Shown here piece after piece: positions 62,701 through 64,000 of a stretch of DNA of 64,000 nucleotides. Position numbers and translations under genes: made by a program. The stretch's first letter is position 1. Every line of letters starts with the position of its first letter. The notes under the pieces are model-generated. The model had not been told where the DNA came from, ran no database searches, and was given only the letters and a program-made list of their open reading frames with translations. Source of the stretch: Acidimicrobiia bacterium (GTDB taxonomy: Bacteria > Actinomycetota > Acidimicrobiia > Acidimicrobiales > JANYDT01); NCBI GenBank assembly GCA_031385545.1, contig JANNBN010000057.1, positions 3,055-67,054 on the forward strand, given 5' to 3'.

Positions 62701-62934
62701 CAGGACGCGACCGCCCACGTCGGTGTGGCAGCGGTTATCGGCTCCGTGGCTGGGCTGGTGTTGGGGTGGACACTCCTCCCGGCCGGAAGCCGGTGGACGC
62801 CTGGATATCTGCACGTGCTGGTGATCCTGGTTGCGCCGCCGCTGGTAGCAGCGCTGGTGGCTCGGGTTCCGTATGTGAACGGATCAACTCGCCGTGCCAC
62901 TGGAAACGACGGCTCCGAAGACCGGGCCGCTTGA
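59731..62934 (+). CDS. Large polytopic membrane protein, probable FtsX/MacB-type ABC permease partner
   Basis: 1067 aa, starting 12 nt after the ATPase-like gene. It has multiple TM clusters separated by two large soluble regions. The family assignment is inferred from context and architecture only. Confidence 0.65.
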   Translation: MSEHFNGSLRRSLLTIFVVDLSLLLILAAFFVDGPWLRLCAALSAVLLPMGVFALTDAPFARLALREWRLHTARSLAAALGVLLGTAALAVSAGTQPNAAIGQQIVAVASGGPADIVVESVNADDATLVRESIDDMLKRPDLQQMVDARPLELRWAPAWVRTSSAHRVRIVALDIESARAFGGDSRWTGLAGATAGSGVTMGRRTADLLAVNASPTPGRLEIQTGSANAAVDVLQLLDDTGLLGLPGPDGRYEPTLFVDPGTFDRLHADGWAEPVRQWSVLSLCGTAQPAASTPVAGTSGETDTTDGTLGRRCTADPWSSVAYSDRIEQELNLVIARNVAARASEATASTPGSVPAPPPESPADDSVLFDQPGDGEGIAVVQFDEPIDSVVPGDSDSAAAPGNATVAAGPIRVDPVKYLAMQRGVWSNASTNYWDRVVGGLLATGSFVMIVAGCFVDRRRRSARERLVGVSGGAITGTWVIVIGLSALPGAVIGAAIGSGLVSIVSRVSFGHSLIPWGSALSATDRFASSLAWAAVASALVSLVLGFLTQKIPLVQAVRGAPLMTARRWIPFAIGCTAVGGVLFARSGLRGWSSQVGVGLVAPGVGLLAWSLVRSRRVVAVIGAAAAITSLALLRRTWATSFASGPSTTVLVTAVVVIVGGLVGAYAATAPGQHVASFGVPRTDAPALSALRTRVATRPGPWPMSPLVGTTLAMTVTCVAASVMIGNGSADPIPGGQRDGVVLREAVDGAARAALSSVASLKQSELLQTRTALTSGLLPATDPANPASEHRRVLQVGSLGGSAYLWPLLIGNGPAAALGAESADQAEPGQVVVVSDVIRSVFGVTPPVGSTIRLIGSGGIERSVTVAAIVARGPGDVALWGTDQLFESVAGSLPQDRLLFVPADGSASTLRRDIQRASVGGDVSVSETFTRVRERTEVESFGRGLLDAVIGLHLLNAAVLVWRWSSERRRSLLTTRSAALGPAFLARSVNQDATAHVGVAAVIGSVAGLVLGWTLLPAGSRWTPGYLHVLVILVAPPLVAALVARVPYVNGSTRRATGNDGSEDRAA

Positions 62935-64000
62935 CTGGCTTGCGTCTGAATTGCTGGCGACATCTGAATCGCTGGTGACGGCGCGACCGGCTTCCGGCAC
63001 GGCGGCGGCGAGCGCTGTCAACAGGCGTGCACTGCATCCGACCATGTCGATAGGCGGCGCAACACTTGTGACGATCTGTTGAGCCAGTGCGGCGAACGCC
63101 GCCGCAACAGGTTCACTTGGTTGCAGCGCAGCTGGCTCGCCGATGTCGCCGCCCCGTGAAACGGATGGTTCGAGAGGAATTTGCGCAAGCAGTGGGGTGC
63201 CGGTTTCCTGGGCCAACCGGCGGCCGCCGCCTTCGCCGAAGAGCGCATGTTGACGGCCTTCGGGGTCAACGAACCAGCTCATGTTCTCGATGACTCCGGC
63301 AACGCGGAGGTAACTGCGGCGGGCCATGTCGGCAACACGGACAGCAACCTTTTGCGCCGCGAGCGCCGGTGTTGTGACGATGAGCATCTCGGTGCGAGGG
63401 AGCAGGCGGCCGAGCGCCATCTGCACGTCGCCGGTGCCCGGGGGCATATCGATCAGGAGATAGTCGAGGTCACCCCAGCGCACCTTGGTGAGGAATTCTT
63501 CGACGGCCTTGGCCAGCATCAGCCCGCGCCACATGATCGCCTTGTCTTCGTCGTCCACGACCAGCCCCATCGAGACAACCTTGAGCTGTCCGCCCGTCGT
63601 TCCGACCGCGCGGACGCTGGGTTCGATCTTGCCGCTGTCGCCGCCGAGGCGGCCTTCGAGCCCGAGCATGCGCGGGATGGAGAAGCCCCAGATATCAGCG
63701 TCGAGCACGCCGACTTGGTACCCGAGGTTGGCAAGTGCTGCGGCAAGGTTGGCGGTGACGCTGGACTTGCCGACGCCACCCTTGCCGGACGCGATTGCGA
63801 GGACCCGTGTGCTGGCGGCTATCTCGGTGTTCGGTGCGTTGAGGCTGGCCTTGAGACGTGCCCGCTGCATCACGTTGGTGCGCTGCGCAGCGGTGAGTTC
63901 GCCGAACGAGATGAGCACACCGGTGACACCGGGTATCGACAGCACCCGCGCTTCGGTGTCCCGTTTGATCTGGCCGCGCAAGGGGCACCCGGCGATGGTG
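62884..64000 (-). CDS. Mrp/ApbC/NBP35-family Fe-S cluster carrier ATPase, partial (5' end beyond the window)
   Basis: VLAIASGKGGVGKSSVTANLA deviant Walker A. The frame stays open to the window end, reading TIAGCPLRGQIKRD (DUF59-type N-domain). The 3' end overlaps the convergent permease gene by 51 nt. Confidence 0.88.
   Translation of the reverse strand, partial: TIAGCPLRGQIKRDTEARVLSIPGVTGVLISFGELTAAQRTNVMQRARLKASLNAPNTEIAASTRVLAIASGKGGVGKSSVTANLAAALANLGYQVGVLDADIWGFSIPRMLGLEGRLGGDSGKIEPSVRAVGTTGGQLKVVSMGLVVDDEDKAIMWRGLMLAKAVEEFLTKVRWGDLDYLLIDMPPGTGDVQMALGRLLPRTEMLIVTTPALAAQKVAVRVADMARRSYLRVAGVIENMSWFVDPEGRQHALFGEGGGRRLAQETGTPLLAQIPLEPSVSRGGDIGEPAALQPSEPVAAAFAALAQQIVTSVAPPIDMVGCSARLLTALAAAVPEAGRAVTSDSDVASNSDASQSSGPVFGAVVSSGTAS

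Overview
This is a 64 kb window of high-GC, Actinobacteria-type chromosome. The markers for that are a WhiB-family gene, an acyl-CoA carboxylase beta/epsilon pair, lysC-asd, a paired ArsA-like ATPase locus and a class A PBP. All calls rest on the supplied ORF track, my own translations and motif recognition by eye; no database search was run.

Most of the window is housekeeping:
- trmB (partial), a 5'-3' exonuclease, an aldehyde dehydrogenase, and carboxyltransferase beta plus AccE-like epsilon
- a MeaA-like B12 mutase, a rhodanese, ybaK, two cyclophilins and an M23 peptidase
- lysC with a probable internal beta-subunit start, asd, tRNA-Pro(CGG), tmk and a nucleotide-sugar gene trio
- selA-selB, a PBP, a Nudix hydrolase and an Mrp/ApbC ATPase (partial)

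Interspersed are two type II toxin-antitoxin pairs and several LuxR-type regulators, including an 1118-aa STAND-like one. There is also a secreted glycoside-hydrolase-like protein with three 127-aa C-terminal repeats.

The stand-out is a lasso-peptide biosynthetic cluster of about 8.6 kb (30415-39014). It encodes a B2 cysteine protease, a PqqD-type B1/RRE, an unusually short (403 aa) Asn-synthetase-like cyclase and two HPr-kinase-like kinases. It also carries a PF14907-like nucleotidyltransferase, two atypical LuxR regulators and an ABC exporter.

I found the precursor gene as a 44-aa minus-strand ORF (33418-33552), below the ORF-track cutoff. Its leader fits the YxxPxLx3Gx5Tx recognition motif exactly in spacing. 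The predicted core AASPKAFADQAIPAGQPLTSS has Ala1, a single acidic residue at Asp9 and a C-terminal Ser-Ser.

Other items worth a second look:
- a 4x10-bp iteron-like repeat between two LuxR genes
- interleaved inverted repeats downstream of selB
- a probable pseudo-protease
- a degenerate ABC ATPase fused to a proline-rich repeat region next to a 1067-aa permease
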